From Antedon mediterranea (taxonomy: Eukaryota > Animalia > Echinodermata), in NCBI RefSeq assembly GCF_964355755.1, contig NC_092674.1, positions 5,642,001-5,706,000 on the forward strand: a stretch of 64,000 bases of DNA, given 5' to 3'. Both the position numbers and the translations under genes were made by a program. The notes beneath the pieces are model-generated. The model ran no database searches. It saw only the letters and a list, made by a program, of their open reading frames with translations, and was not told the DNA's origin. Positions within the stretch are counted from its first letter, which is position 1. The number at the start of each line of letters is the position of its first letter. This document shows, in pieces, positions 1 through 13,991 of the stretch.

Positions 1-791
1 CTCTAATCCTCTGATTAGCAAGCTGCGAACCGTTGCTTTTGGGAAGCGGAAATAAAAAATAATTTGTAACTTGTTAGAAAATAATCTACCGGCAATTAAC
101 GACAATCAGTAATTGTGCTTAAAAACTATGGCGATTATTTATACGACTAATCTTGTAAAGTGAAGTTTTCCTGCATATTATCTCGTCTTTCTAGCCTTTC
201 ATACTCATTCACCTGATCATTGTAATAAGTAGGGCAAGCAGAAATTCATAGTTTGTTCATATTCATATGAATTTATGGAAATGAAGATGCCTTACGGAAT
301 TCAGATATATGTATGTATGCACCTTCAGCAATTCTTCCGTAACGAAAATACATTCTTTATGCATTTTTTGAAAGTCATCTTTCATTAAAAGATTGAAAAC
401 CGTCAAAAAACCTCTCAAATCTAATAGAATTTGATAGAAATTGTGCAACGTTAGTCGCACTGTTTCCTACGGGTAATGCAAGTGGACGCAGTTGGTTCTA
501 TCTTTTTTTACACAAACTATTTCTGTTATATTTTAGCTTTTAAGATATTGATTGTAGTTGTCTTTGGCATGTGCAATATTTTGTTTCTTGATTGTATTTT
601 CTACTGTCTTCTTTTTGACCTTGACGTATACAGTTTTAATATCCAAAATCTTTTATGCGTACAATGCAACATTTTATAAAAACTGCTTTACGAATAGAAA
701 ACCAACTCCTTTATCAAACTAATTGTATATGGAACTATTTGTACATAAATCTAGCTAAAATAATGTCTTTTATTTAATATTTAAAAAAAAA

Positions 792-1048
792 CATTGTGTG
801 GCTGATGATGTTTGCCTACTAATCCCAGGGTATAAGGTTCAAATCTTGTATAAGTATTTGTTTTCATACGTAAGGGTATGTGTATCTAGTGAAAATAGTG
901 GGAAACTAAGAACTATAGGACCTACGCATGTACCAGGGTAAAAATCATTGTGTGGCTTATGATTATGATGTTTGCCTACTAATCTCAGGGTATTATGTTC
1001 AAATCCTGTGTAAGTTTCATACATATGAGGATGTGTATCTTGTGAAAA
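792..1048 (+). repeat. Two diverged direct copies (~105 bp; 792-896 and 946-1048) of a probable tRNA-SINE head
   Basis: cattgtgtggct...gatgtttgcctactaatc(c/t)cagggtat...gttcaaatc...tgtgtatct(a/t)gtgaaaa occurs twice. GGTTCAAATC resembles a Pol III B box. A similar fragment lies near 46103-46135. Confidence 0.55.
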
Positions 1049-4000
1049 GATTTGGAAACCTAGAATCTGCTGACGAAGAATGTTCCAATGTCCCTGCATG
1101 TGCCCAATAAATTAAACATGATGTAACTAGTTTGTAGTCCTAGATCATCACAAATCAATCTCCCTATTTTCACCTGTTAATACAGTGGTTAGCTGAATGA
1201 ATAGCAACCTTTTAACAATAGACCTGGAAGACTACTTCCACAGTAGAAATGTAATTACATATCTTAGGGAAATGTACTAAGGCGAGGAGCCTAAGTTTGC
1301 ATTAGACAGGATATAAATATTATGCTAATAAACAACGTAACTATTATCTATTAATCTGCCAAGATTACTCTTATGTTTGTATTCCGGTGAACACTTCAAT
1401 AAAAACTTGAACCTATAAAAATAAGATAAGATGCTAAATTGGTCTTGAACAATGGGATATGAACGATCAATTCTGGTACTTTGGAAAGAAATTTACCCGC
1501 AGTAGCACGCAAAGTAGTATAATTGAACACTTTTCGTAATGTAATGATTTAGTTTTACTTTATGGTGTAATGAAAATTGGATGCGCTACTGAACCTTTAT
1601 ATCAATCTTGTACAAAAGTCTTTAAGGAAATTGTCTACAAATTAGTTCCTGTCTCTGATACTTATACATTATTAGTATCTGGTATTGTAATGCTAACTTG
1701 TGTCGTTGAATTGTTTTATTTTCTTCCTGATGAAATGAAATATCTTTACATTAAAAAAGAAAAAAGTATAGAGATTGGAAAATATCTTTGATGAACCTAA
1801 AATATTAATTATTTGGACGATTGTGATCATTTACGGTCGGTTTTTCTGAGAGGTAGAGGGTACTAGGGTCATTTTTAAGATTGGGTTTAGTTTATTTAGG
1901 ATTTAAGACTATTTGAATATTTAGGTGTCTTGGCTTAGGCTCAGTTTGTTATTTATGTTGCTGAATTATGGAAAAATTTAGTACACAATTGCAAATAATT
2001 TAGATGCGAATGTTGGATATTCAGCAGTAGGCATATTGTTCAAAATTAATTAATCAATTTTCAGTGTATCACCAAGCAGTTTAGAGTTTCCCTGTGTCAG
2101 TAAATGTGTATTTGTTTTATTCATAAAACAAATGACAACTATATGTAAAAGAACACCTATCTTCACACATTACTGTATTTAAATAATGTCTTTATTATTT
2201 AAATATGTTGTACAAAATGTTTGATCCAATATTACATTTGTAAGTAATGTACATTAGTATTGTCATGTGTTTGTTGGTTAAAAGCTTACAATAATTATTT
2301 ATAATTTAGTATCTTTTGAAGATGTTTTTCGGCCTGTCCATTTTGATACAATTGACAGTAACCACTGCTGACTTTATTTACAACTTTTACAAGTGCATTA
2401 TACTTTAAAATGTCATTTTGTTCAATGTTGTTTAAAGTTGATTTCTTTTACATGAATTATTAACCTTTTTTTTCCTTTGTATTTATAACTTTCATCTTTA
2501 TACTGCCTTCATATCTAGACATTTGAAGGTGCGACTTAAAATGAGTACATACACTTGTTCTTAATAAGGTCTTAAGATGATAATTCTATCTCTCCTACAA
2601 ATAAAAGTTGTGATTTTGAAATTATTTATTTTCATAGAAATATTTACTATAGAAAAAAAGAAATACAATATTATTGAAAATATCTCTACTGGAATAGGAA
2701 TAACTATTAAAGTAACTTTACTTTGGAAAAAAATATAATTATATCTTAATAATAAAAAAAATGAATTATTTAACAATATTGTACATCATGTTCAACATTT
2801 ACAATATTGTTAAATAATTTAAACATTTGCGGTCATTAGAATTAAGCTGCTTCCTTGTATAAAACAGGGTCAGTTTCTCATCTTTATACTTAAAACTTGT
2901 CCTTTCTTAAAAGTACATTTGAAACTTAATATTATTATTTCTTTCTTCTCTAGTCTGATGCATTTATGACTAAATCCGTCAACAGAGAATATATAAGCAG
3001 CATATTTAAGTGGCAGCAATACCACTATTGACAATTTAAATCCGACATTTCCAAGACGAATGAAAACAATTACACTTAAGGAAAATGTTAAATTTAAATG
3101 TTATTGCTTGATATCCATTTAGGAATATACAGCTAACAATCTGCCGATTCTTGCTAAAACAATTTGCATCTTAAAAAGATTTTTGGTTTGTGTGTCAAAC
3201 TCTTCCATTTCCTAAAATTTATATATTATATATATGTTTTTATGAAAGTATAATCTGTTTTCTTATTTATTAATAATTTATAGGAATTGAATCAGAAATA
3301 ATGTTGATGAATGATGGTAACATGAAACAACCTTTCTCGCCCTACATACCATATTTGGAATATCAATTATGTTACTGCACTATGTAGTAATTAAAATTAA
3401 TATCAATCCATAAATTATTATTTTAGCAATTTCAAGTTGCATACACCAAGCTAAAATTAGATTTTCCCAATGGCTTTGGAAATCATTATAGATAACATTG
3501 TAAACATGTTTTGGTAGGCCTAATATTTGGCAATAACATGTTTATATTTCTTATATATACGCTTTTGTTAGTTTTGTTTTATTTTTTTTGTTATTAACTT
3601 ATAGTATATAAAATATATATAAATATATATGCTAACTGAATAAATGTGAAGAATCATAAAAATATAAATAGTTTTTTTTATAAAAAAAAAAAGAAAGACA
3701 TGTTTTATCATCCACTGTCATTTTGAATAAACTGTTCATATCATAATTTGTAAAATAAACCCATTTTTTCTTATGTCTATATAGCTTCCATGATTTCTGA
3801 TTATGAAAGGTCATTGAAAGTTTAAACTGATAAAACTATACTATAACATTAAGAATCACATACATTAATGCAGTGTGGTATGCCATTATTTTGAACTTTT
3901 ACAATTTTTTACAATCATCAATAATTAAACAACTTTTTCCTGCCCTTTTCAAACTAGAGATAAGCCGTGGACACAATAGTAATATTAATAGCCTAGCTCA

Positions 4001-5018
4001 TGAGGATTCTTTTGCCAATCCTACGTACAACTGGCCCTATCTAACATCTAACTCTAACAATCCTGGCTACAGACTTTGGTGGTAGGACTTCCAACATAAC
4101 ACGAAAGTCCCTATTGAGGGTTTTTCTTATCTTAAATAATTCTTATTATAAATATTCAAGGCTACAGTGTATCTCTGCTGGAAATTTATAGAGCTTTACT
4201 AGTGTATAATAGTATTTTAAAATGTTTCTGTGACCTTTCGTGTTATCTTCCTTTTTCCAGGATATTAAAAGTCTCCTCTATGTCGACCAATACACTTGCC
4301 CATCATGTCCCCCTCTCTGTATCCTGCCTTTAATACAGTAGTTCATAAGATATCACGATTAGACTCCTGGCTCTACTAGTCATTGTGACTAGTTTATACT
4401 TGTTATATTCCTGTCACAACTACTGTAGAGATGATACTCACTAATAGCATATACGTATACAAAAACACTATCTATTTTCCTCTTTATATTAAAGATTGAC
4501 CCCAGGGGAGTAATTCTTCCCACCCAGTCACCATTGAATAGATTACAAATTGATTTTTACAATGTTTCTATGACCTCCAGACTACATTTGATTGTTGGCT
4601 ACTTCTTTAAATGAATTTTGAGCAGGATTAGGTATGAAAGTGAAAGTTTCTACACTTTGGATTCATAGAGTATTATGGCAGTGGCAACCTGCAGCTGTTA
4701 GTAAAGTGTGGCTCATTAGATAGTCCCAAAGGTTTTCCTAATTATGCAATTTGTTTAGTGAACTTTGTGTGCCTTTGCGGAAAACACAGATTTCAATTCC
4801 AGATACTGGGGTGGGGAGACTTAGGTGTTTCCTTGTGTTTGAGTTATAATTATGTACAGTATTAGATGTATGTATTCTTATGAAGTTGGTTACAATTCAT
4901 TATGGTTTTTGTTAATTCTTAGTTGGTCTTCATTTTGGCTTTGAAAAACATTTTCTTCAGCAAACCATAAAGTAATAATACCATAATCTCTCAAGAGATT
5001 AGTTAACCCTTACGATGC

Positions 5019-5157
5019 TGTGGTGTAACGGCTATAAACACTCACTGGCTAAACCCAGAGGCCCCAGAGCATGAGATGCCTCAATGCAACTACACAACAT
5101 TTAAGGGCCCCTTAGGAGTACTAAACCAAGGGCCTTTGCCCCCTGCGTTACACCACA
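5019..5157. mobile_element. Degenerate MITE with 12-bp terminal inverted repeats
   Basis: tgtggtgtaacg (5019-5030) and cgttacaccaca (5146-5157) are exact reverse complements. The interior resembles the reverse complement of ~21090-21140. No clear TSD. Confidence 0.5.
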
Positions 5158-6590
5158 AGATGTGTACATGTACTCTCATCTACTGTCTACTGTACTGTCA
5201 TCATCATAGTCGGACATTGTCACTTTCAGAAGTTTCGGTCTTTGTCCAGATATAGTTGGATTCTTTTTCTCCATAGTTCCTGCTGCTGCCATCATCTGCA
5301 TCTTTTTCCTTCCATTGGTGTCGAAGCTGTCAATATTGTCCAATATGCAGATGTCCATTTCCTGAATTTGACTATTTCACTTACTTTCTGTTGTTCTGCA
5401 CCCATTTGTTAGATTTTTGGTCTTTCAATATTTTAGTGCTACAGGTTCTATATTGTGCTGCAGAAACTTTTAACAATACTGAAAAGCTTAGCTATTAGTT
5501 GATACTGCAATGGTCTTTACAAAAAATTGTCAAACTAGGTTCTCATTTAGCATAAGTGCAATAAACCGAAAATATAATTCATTATTATATTCATCATTAC
5601 TGAGCACTAATAAGAAGTACCTGCTTGTTAATTTTGATGAGCCCTCCTTTTATCAATTAGTGAAGTAGGACTCTATGTAATTGAGATAAATGTTACAGAG
5701 GCATTATAATGTTTTACTATTATGTTTTTCTTCCAACGTAGTTTATTGGTAGAAAAGAGCTTTAACACTACAGTTATGTAACAAAAATGACAACGTAAAA
5801 AACACCATAAAATAGATGTTACAGCAACTTTAAACTTTCTTGCAGACTTTTGTTTATAAAACTCATATAGTAATTAAGGCACTATGTTCTATTTAGCTTT
5901 CCATTTCATCTTATGAACTAAATTTCTAAAAATAATTGACACATAAAGCTTTAAATATTAGAATAGAACTAAACACCAAACTAGAAAGAAACACACTGTA
6001 ATCTAACCCAAACAGTATTGATATCGATATCCTAATATTAATTTGTTTGCAAATTATATCAAAAGCAAAGTCGCATCTTAAAACATTAACACATTATCAT
6101 CTATTTGTCGTCTGCAATAAAAATTTACAGATGCTAATTGACGTAAAGAAACCGACATTTCTAGAATGATGTTAATGTTATATTATCTTTACGTTATACC
6201 TTCAATTCTTAACCATACTTAGCCTTTTCATAAACAAACGCAAATAGGGTATTACTGCGGCCTAGTTTTTGAGGAAGACGATAGTTGTAGTGTACTGCTT
6301 GTTCTACTAACTTTGTTTTAAATATGTAAGAAGTCTAAGGTTTTTGAGAAAAAAAGTCAGTGGACAAAACAACAGTTAATTAGATGCTTATTTTATCTTT
6401 TTTTAAAAGCAAAATCATTTTTTTGGTGTCAAAAAGGAATAACTTTACATAAATAATGTATGTTATTTTTAATGCTTCCATTATTTTTTTTCTGTTTGTA
6501 TTTTGAAAACGATTTAAGACCCATCTTTTGTGTAATATGTCATGTCTGCCAGTTTCTTTGATTTTAACTATAATAAAAGGGCAGATGCTC

Positions 6591-6670
6591 AAGTCCTGAA
6601 AAGGCTGAGACTGAACTGATGCTAAACTGCAGTTCATTGGTTAAAATGCTGGTTAGTGATGAGGGTGTAT
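6591..6670 (+). repeat. Unclassified dispersed repeat, copy 1 (copy 2 at 15028-15090)
   Basis: aagtcctga.aa.g..gagact.aactgatgctaa...gttag..atgaggg..tat is shared by both loci. Confidence 0.55.
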
Positions 6671-6748
6671 ATATGGTAGTGATATGCCTAAATGGTAGTG
6701 ATATGACATCATCATGTCCATATATGGCCACAACACATTTTTTGTCAC
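6671..6748 (+). mobile_element. Internal fragment of MITE family A
   Basis: atatggtagtgatatgcctaaatggtagtgatatgacatcatcatgtccatatatggccacaacacattttttgtcac matches the interior of the 14726 and 59708 copies. Confidence 0.8.
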
Positions 6749-9160
6749 TCAGTACTGCACAGTACATTCACACAGTGTTTCAAGATTTTTTTCTAAGTTT
6801 GAAATTAAGTTGAACTTGAACTTGTACTGTTGCAACAATCACTCACTTAATCAATCATTTGATCTTTTCTTCCTGTTAGTATTGGGCCAATTTACAGGAT
6901 TTCATGCCTATTAACACTAGATAAGTTTAAACCCTGGCTAAATGGATTATGTCTAGTGTAGCTATATATAGCACTTTGAAGATTATATGATTGATAAAAT
7001 ACTTATTTACTTATTTTCTTTCATTCAAAGCATCTAACTAAAAAAAAATCTAATTCAAATGTAAGCCCATCCTATATAATGAGCCCCATGGTAGACTAAA
7101 TAATTGCTTGACCCACTACATTTTGCTTGTTCAACTTCTTTAAAAGAAACCCCAATTACAAAATGTGATTATTGTTTGACCCCACTACATTTATTTTGAT
7201 CCTTCTACCTTTAAAAAAACCCCATTGAAAACAACATTGAAAAAAATTATAAAAACCTAAAAAAGTTGGCAAATCATATTCATATGCTCGTTTAACAAAC
7301 AACATTGAAATTAAAAAATACGGAAGTTGACATGTCATATTTTGTATGGCATTAGATTATCAAATCCAGTTATCATTTTCATATTATTATTTGAATGTTT
7401 ACAAGTATTAAAGTTCTTTTTACAAGTTGTTTTTTTTAACATGATAACTTTAGTTGTCAAAAAAGATAATTTCCTAGCATTGAATTGATAATTTAATTAT
7501 AAAAATGTTATTTTTAGGAAGTGCAATGTTCAGAATTAATAATATTAGTTCATTCAATGTGTTAAATTAATTATTTACTGAAGGAGATTCTAAAGAACCA
7601 GTTTCCCTAAAGTTTTTTTTAAGTTTGTATATATTTAATTTATACTTTATACATGTTTGCATTGATACTCAAAAGAGTTTCCTCATTTTAGACCTGAGGT
7701 GGAAATCCCTACTAAATTTTGCCAAAATAGATAATTAATAATAATACTAATAATAATGACCAGTTGTAGTTGAACTAGAACTGTTAGTAGTAGCAAGGAA
7801 CATGCTGGACCAATGTGCTCCAACCCATGCCTCTGTTAAATCAATTTATGAAACATTCCCCTGTCCTATAATTGAGATTTTTTTATATTTCTTAAATGTC
7901 TACATTGTGGTTACATATCTTTTTATATGGAAATGCTCAGAATTATTCATATGTCTAAAACGAATTCACAAATCAGGTTTTTTCTTATTTAAGGTGAAAA
8001 AAAACCCTATTTCTTTTTAGCATAAACCATCACATGTAACTGAATATTGGCTGATAAACTTCCCTGCGTCTCGGCAAAATAATCCCAGTTGGGGGATTTC
8101 TTGAGTGTTATGTCTGTACTGTAATTAGTGGTGTATCTACCCTTGATATTTTAATAACTCAAATACTTATTTGTACATATGTACATAATTTCACATTTGG
8201 ATGTCATACCTGCCAAGAAAAAAGAAAACGGTATTAGAGAATGTGTAAAATGTACAAATATTACATAAGATAAAAAAATAATTTGTTTTGTTTGTTCTAA
8301 AATCACAACATCAGTATTTAGTAAGTATTTATGTATTAAAGTCTCACCCTATGACATCACTAAGGCCAGCCAACTTAAACGCAGAGTACGTCTGCATACA
8401 ATTAGCCAACATAAAGTTAACCAAAATACATTTATATTATCTCAAAGAAAAAAAAGTCAATCATTGTAAACCAATATGGCTGGCATTCCAATGATTTAAT
8501 AAACAAACATTTTTGGTTTAATTTCCATATGCACCTATTACAGGTCATATGTAAATATCTTATTTGCATTTGACTTCAGCCTGATTCTTCAACAAGTTAC
8601 CACGATAAACCACAATTAATTAACCGATTTACGCTGCAATGAAAAGCTGATTTCCAGTAAAAGTAATATGCGACGATTTACAGAGTACAGGCCTATTAAT
8701 CTAGGTCCATCAACGCGCCCTCAAGGCATCGTATAGCTAACATGTTTCCTGGCACATTTAGCTTTGCGATAAACATTTTACCGCCTTTTTAGAGCCCATT
8801 GACTGATTACTAAATGAGTCTTGTATATATATCGTACTTCATTGACAGTCTCATATAGGTTATAGGTTAGGTAACCTATTGATTGTTAAGCCGGGTTTTT
8901 CAGTGCCGCAAGCAAAATGTGTTACATTTATAAAGTGCAAAGAGGAATTGAACTATATCCATTCATAACATTTTCTTTTGACATTTTACTATTCTATTTA
9001 TGTATTTTATTACTTTTTTTGTATAGGTTAAACCATGCGGTATAATGCACTATATAATAATGTGTTTTGCTTGCTTCCATGTCGGGGAAATACGTTTCAT
9101 TTTCAACATTGTTCTGCTTCCTCAATCTAAAAGGAAACTTGTGTCTATTCCATGTGCACA

Positions 9161-9432
9161 TTAATGTTCCATCTATGCGTTAATGTTACATGTTCAGGAA
9201 TTAATGTTCCACAAGTGCATTAATTTTACTTTAGTTCATTGATGTTCCATATGTGAGTTAATGTTCCATGTGTAAGTAAGTATTTTCTGTTGTTTGCATT
9301 AATGTTTCGCTGTTTACAATAATGTTCCATTGTCTGCTATAATGTTCCATTTGTTAAATTAATGTTCCATTCTCAAATTAGTATTGTATTTTGTGATGGT
9401 GTTCCACATGCACAATGTACCATGTACATTAG
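9161..9432. repeat. Degenerate ~20-bp minisatellite with conserved core TTAATGTTCCA
   Basis: The core starts at about 9161, 9180, 9201, 9220, 9239, 9258, 9299, 9319, 9339 and 9359, separated by variable 8-10 nt linkers. Confidence 0.8.
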
Positions 9433-11349
9433 TTTTTTATGTTAGATATCTTAACAATTGAGGTATAAACCTAATATGACATAATACATGTAACATGAAC
9501 GAATCCGAGGCAATGGCCTCTTCTGTCTCTTAAAAAGTACAGTACACTAGCTTTTTTTCAACGCCATTCTTTGAAAACATGAACAATTTTGACTCTAAAT
9601 CAGAATTAATTTTTAAAAATACCCAATATAATATTTATAAACCATAATATGGTCATAATCAATCGTAATTAATTTTCTTAAAATGAGTAATTTATCCTAT
9701 AGCCAATTTAGATTTCTACAATATGTGTTTCAACTACATAACATTTATATTATATTGACGTCTTTTTGTCTAAATATTTCTTCGCATGGTTGCATTTCAT
9801 AATCTGGTCTTTATCTGTTAAAATGCATTTAAACAGTCTATTAATTAGTGCCAACTGAAGTTTAGGTTAATTTGCTCAATGCCAGAATTCTTAAAGTTTT
9901 TGGGTAACTATTTTCTAAAAATAGTTTTAGATATCCTCTGACTTTTCTAATTACAGATGATTTATAATAATTTAAACCATATTTTGCATTTTTACATATC
10001 ACTTTGGATTTTGGCTAATGATTGTACATATATGTGTTTGTAGTTTATGCATTGGCAGAATTGATTTATTAGTATTAATATAGTAGTACTAGTAGTAGTA
10101 CTGTTATTACCAATGAACAATTAAGTGCCAAGAGCTGTTTTACAATTGGCCAATGTTCCATAGCTTTACTGATTTAAAAATGCAATGCAAAAAATGAATA
10201 TCAAGAAAATTTAAGGATTTTAGGCCCACATCCTCCTTCTTCTTCTTGAGGTTTTATAAATCCTGAATACGCCAATGATACCTACTGCGCATATCCTGCC
10301 TTGGCTCTTGTGTTCCACAGCAGTGTTTCGATTTTTGGAATATATTTTCTGTAATTGTACCTTCTGTGTATCTACTCATGTACTTCCTTCTATGTCAAAT
10401 TTGAACAGAATTTTTGTTTTGTTCACAAAAGTTCTGAAAACTATATTTTAAGATTTTAACGAGCCATAAATTTCTACAAAACTGTGTGAAATTCTGAAAG
10501 TTTATTTTAAAACTTGTTTGAATCTGTCGTCAACCAGGGACTGTGAATCTGCAGTAGTCTACCGTAGGTCCGTAATAGGCTACATCCTTACTATAGATAG
10601 TCTGCCTCTTGTCAACAAGTTCTCCATCCAATTTTATTGTAGCAGACATGAAAAGTTCAGTCTCAGTAAAATACTTGGAGAGTAACATTTTGTAATTATT
10701 TATTTTTACATTTTTGCAGTATGTTATGAACAAATAAGATAAGGATTTGGAATGTTTCAAATCAGTTATTTGCCAATTTGTATTTACCATATCAAGTCTT
10801 GACTGGAAGCCAATTTAATGATTTTCATATTAGTAATATCTGTAATTATTACATTTAAATGAAAATTGACAGAGCAGAATGTTAATGGTATGTGGGAGAA
10901 AATTAGTTTGGTAGTCTGTGTAAATTTAAAAAACAGGAGAAATACAGAGGGAGAATGAACAGACAAAGAAACAAAATGAAAACATAACTGAAATAAAAAA
11001 AGTGTCAATGTTTATTTCCATGGTTATTTAGAATTAATCCATAGGCCTTATTGAGACATTTCAGGCATTCTTGGAAGAGATTTAGGAAGTTGAACAAAAT
11101 GTTGCACCTTGATGTATCTGCTGCCCTCAGTGTGGTGGAAGTATTCAAACTTTTGTAAAGTTTGACTTACCATATAAAAAATACTGAACAAAAGTGTACA
11201 GTATATAAACTGACCTTCCTTTAAAATTGTTTTTAAAAAATGGAAATGAGGAAGTCTGCAAATTTAAGTGTTGGCAGTATTTCATTTATAATTTAGGATA
11301 TTTATGTTACCTAATTAAATGGTAAATGTATCCAAAAATAACCACATAG

Positions 11350-11618
11350 GCCTAGAAGGTATATTTTTCTAGCCTTGACTATTGTTTTAAGCATGAAATA
11401 AAAATAAAGTTAGACTTAGTTCCTAGGTCATAATTGTAGCAAATTGAAAAATCCTAATTATAGAAGCCTTCAGATTTGATCACTGCCATCTTATTTCAGT
11501 TTAATATGCTTATACAATTTAAGATATTTTAATGTAACAAACAATCACCATATCAGCCTAGAAGGTATATTTTTCTAGCCTTGGCTATTGTTTCAAGCAT
11601 GAAATAAAAAAAAGTTAG
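11350..11618 (+). repeat. Local direct duplication of ~63 bp (11350-11413 and 11556-11618)
   Basis: gcctagaaggtatatttttctagccttg(a/g)ctattgttt(t/c)aagcatgaaataaaaa..aagttag occurs twice, 206 bp apart. Confidence 0.85.
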
Positions 11619-13938
11619 GCCGAATATACTTCTTCTAGGATTGAGCCTTCAGGGGAGAACAAAGTGTGTTCTCTAGGCGTTTCAAGTCCCTGATGTTTTT
11701 ATCTATGTTTTGACAGCTTTTGGTCAACCTTTCATACTTACATTAAAGGTTCATACCTTGTTAAGTCCAACAGTCGAGGACATTGTTTTGGTGAAGAAGG
11801 TTAAAAATGCTTGCCTTAATTAAATCAATATGCTTTTGTACTTTAATTGGAAAAGCTATTCCAATATTAATTATACACAGGAGGATTTCTGGAAATTTAT
11901 TTGAATATTGGTTCTATTATATTTATGCATTATATTAATTCAATTATATAACATCCATTAAATAATCAATTTATTCTGTGGAAGGAAATTGGTTTGTTTT
12001 TCAATACAATAAAAACAAGACTTTAGGAAAGTTCCTGAAATGACCAATTCAATATGTCATTGATCCATGTATAAAGTGTCTCCATTGTTGACAAAACTGA
12101 GTAAAGTTTAGGACATCTCCAGGCCTCCTATAGAGGGGTTGAAATGGCTAACTTCAAATGAAAATCACTACATCCTATCTGATTGAATTATAATATTAAA
12201 TATATTCTTTAAAACAATATTTAAAGTAACAGATATGAAGATATTGTTACGTAAAATACGTAATTTTAGTTATTTTATACATTTACGCAACCATTCAATT
12301 GATATCCATCCAACTATAATTGTTTTAATTTTTGTGTTTCAATTTACGCACTTTTGTAATTTGTTTTTTGATTGTAATTGTAAAAAGATTTTTTAGATAT
12401 TTATAGAAAGGTTTTATAAATTCCAACAACATTTTCGTTTAATATGTTATTCCAATAGAATTTTATTTTACAATACGTCTTTACATTTCTAGTCGCATAC
12501 ATGAAATAGATTCACACAGATGTGGTTTCTACATTACATGTCAGAAATTTATGAAGATAAATTTTCTGTTCTATTCACATAGGCTAATTGAATGAAAGTG
12601 CTTGTTCGTTTTAAGTTTGCTCACATAGAGTATTTTACCTCTTAAGTGCAACAGCCCATCGATTCTGAGTTTCCTTAGTGAATTAATAAGAAATTTATAC
12701 CACATACAAATTATGACTAATGCATCCCAAGATGTAATTGTTTAAAACCAATCTTAAAATAGTATCAGGAGACGTAGTAAAATTGAACAACCTAGTTTTG
12801 CGACATCCCATGCGTAATATTAGGGATGCTTGTACTACATGGCATCACCACTAATAAACCAACTAATATCTGTGCATATCAGTAGTGTGAAAGCTACCTT
12901 TATTAAGCTAATCTGGAAATTGGGGTGGTGCAAATTCTATCACAACATATATTTATAAATCTCTTCGATGCTGTGGCTGATCGAAAAGTGTATAAAATTG
13001 GCTTGTAGTTTCAAATCAATTGTCTTCCACCACAAGATGATCATGTCAAGGTAGTGCCATGTAGGCCTACATCTGAAAATTATTTTAATAATTCTGAAGG
13101 ATCAGTTCATACTTTTTCTACTGTAGTTTCTGCAGTAGCTAAATTGTTTTACTACAGTAACATGTGTTTGTTTCAATGTGGAAGTTTATGTGCCAATCAC
13201 TGTAATAGATTACTCAAAAAAGTTTGCTTAATGATAAAATAAATGGTTAAAAACAGGTTAAGAGTAAATAAACTTACTGCAGTAGCTACAGTACAGCCTG
13301 TTTCTGCTGCATATTTAGTATTTTTTTAATAGATTTTTTTTTAAATTGACTCAGAATTATTTTGATATACTCCCTAAAATACTAGTACTACAAATACTAA
13401 TAGTCCTGTCCTGGATTTTACAATAAACAGCAGACTACATAATTTTACACATTTACATATCAAATATTATAGCATGGTAAATATAATCAAGTGGTCACCA
13501 TAATACATGCAAAAATGTCTTGTACATTTAAACATTTTTTAAAAGACATAACTGCATTTTTAACCTCTTGTCCCAGATTAGTAAACACACTTCAGCCGTG
13601 TACTCAAGGTATAAAATCTCTCATTTTCTCACATATGACGCATTTTTACTCAAAGTAATGATCACACAGTTAAAATAGAAGTCCTACTTTGATATTTATA
13701 CGTAGTTTTATCGGCATGCGTTTGTGCAAATATTACAGTCAGTGGCAAAAGCTCTTAAATTTTTACTAATCATTGGTAAAATTCTACGCGTACAATTATT
13801 TGACTGTCTTTTATTGAGCATAATAGTTTTTCACTCCATAAGGATGATAAAATGAAGCATTTCATTGTTTCCCCAGCGCTTTCTACTTTATAGAAATTCT
13901 TTTCAAACAAAGACTTTTATTTTCGCACATCCATATTC

Positions 13939-13991
13939 TAAAGCTCTGTCTCTACTATCAAACTTTATTTGATAGTGTAGACAGAGATTTA
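13939..13991. mobile_element. MITE family A, TIR-only internally deleted copy
   Basis: ta|aagctctgtctctactatcaaa cttta tttgatagtgtagacagagatt|ta: both TIRs are joined by 5 nt. Confidence 0.8.

Noticed and set aside
5082-5094. 13-nt match to the 3' part of miR-33 on the minus strand
   Set aside because: The seed is absent, there is no hairpin partner, and it lies inside a MITE-like repeat.
5176-5500. Possible degraded RTE coding fragment (EQQKVSEIVKFRKW...MEGKR on the minus strand)
   Set aside because: The similarity is only impressionistic, is spread over different frames, and has no clear tail.
9161-9432. Repeat-spacer layout reminiscent of a CRISPR array
   Set aside because: The repeat (11 nt) and spacers (8-10 nt) are far too short and degenerate, there are no cas genes, and the context is eukaryotic.
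10230-10440. Possible LINE 3' end with (GAA)n tail on the minus strand
   Set aside because: No diagnostic motif could be recovered in any frame.
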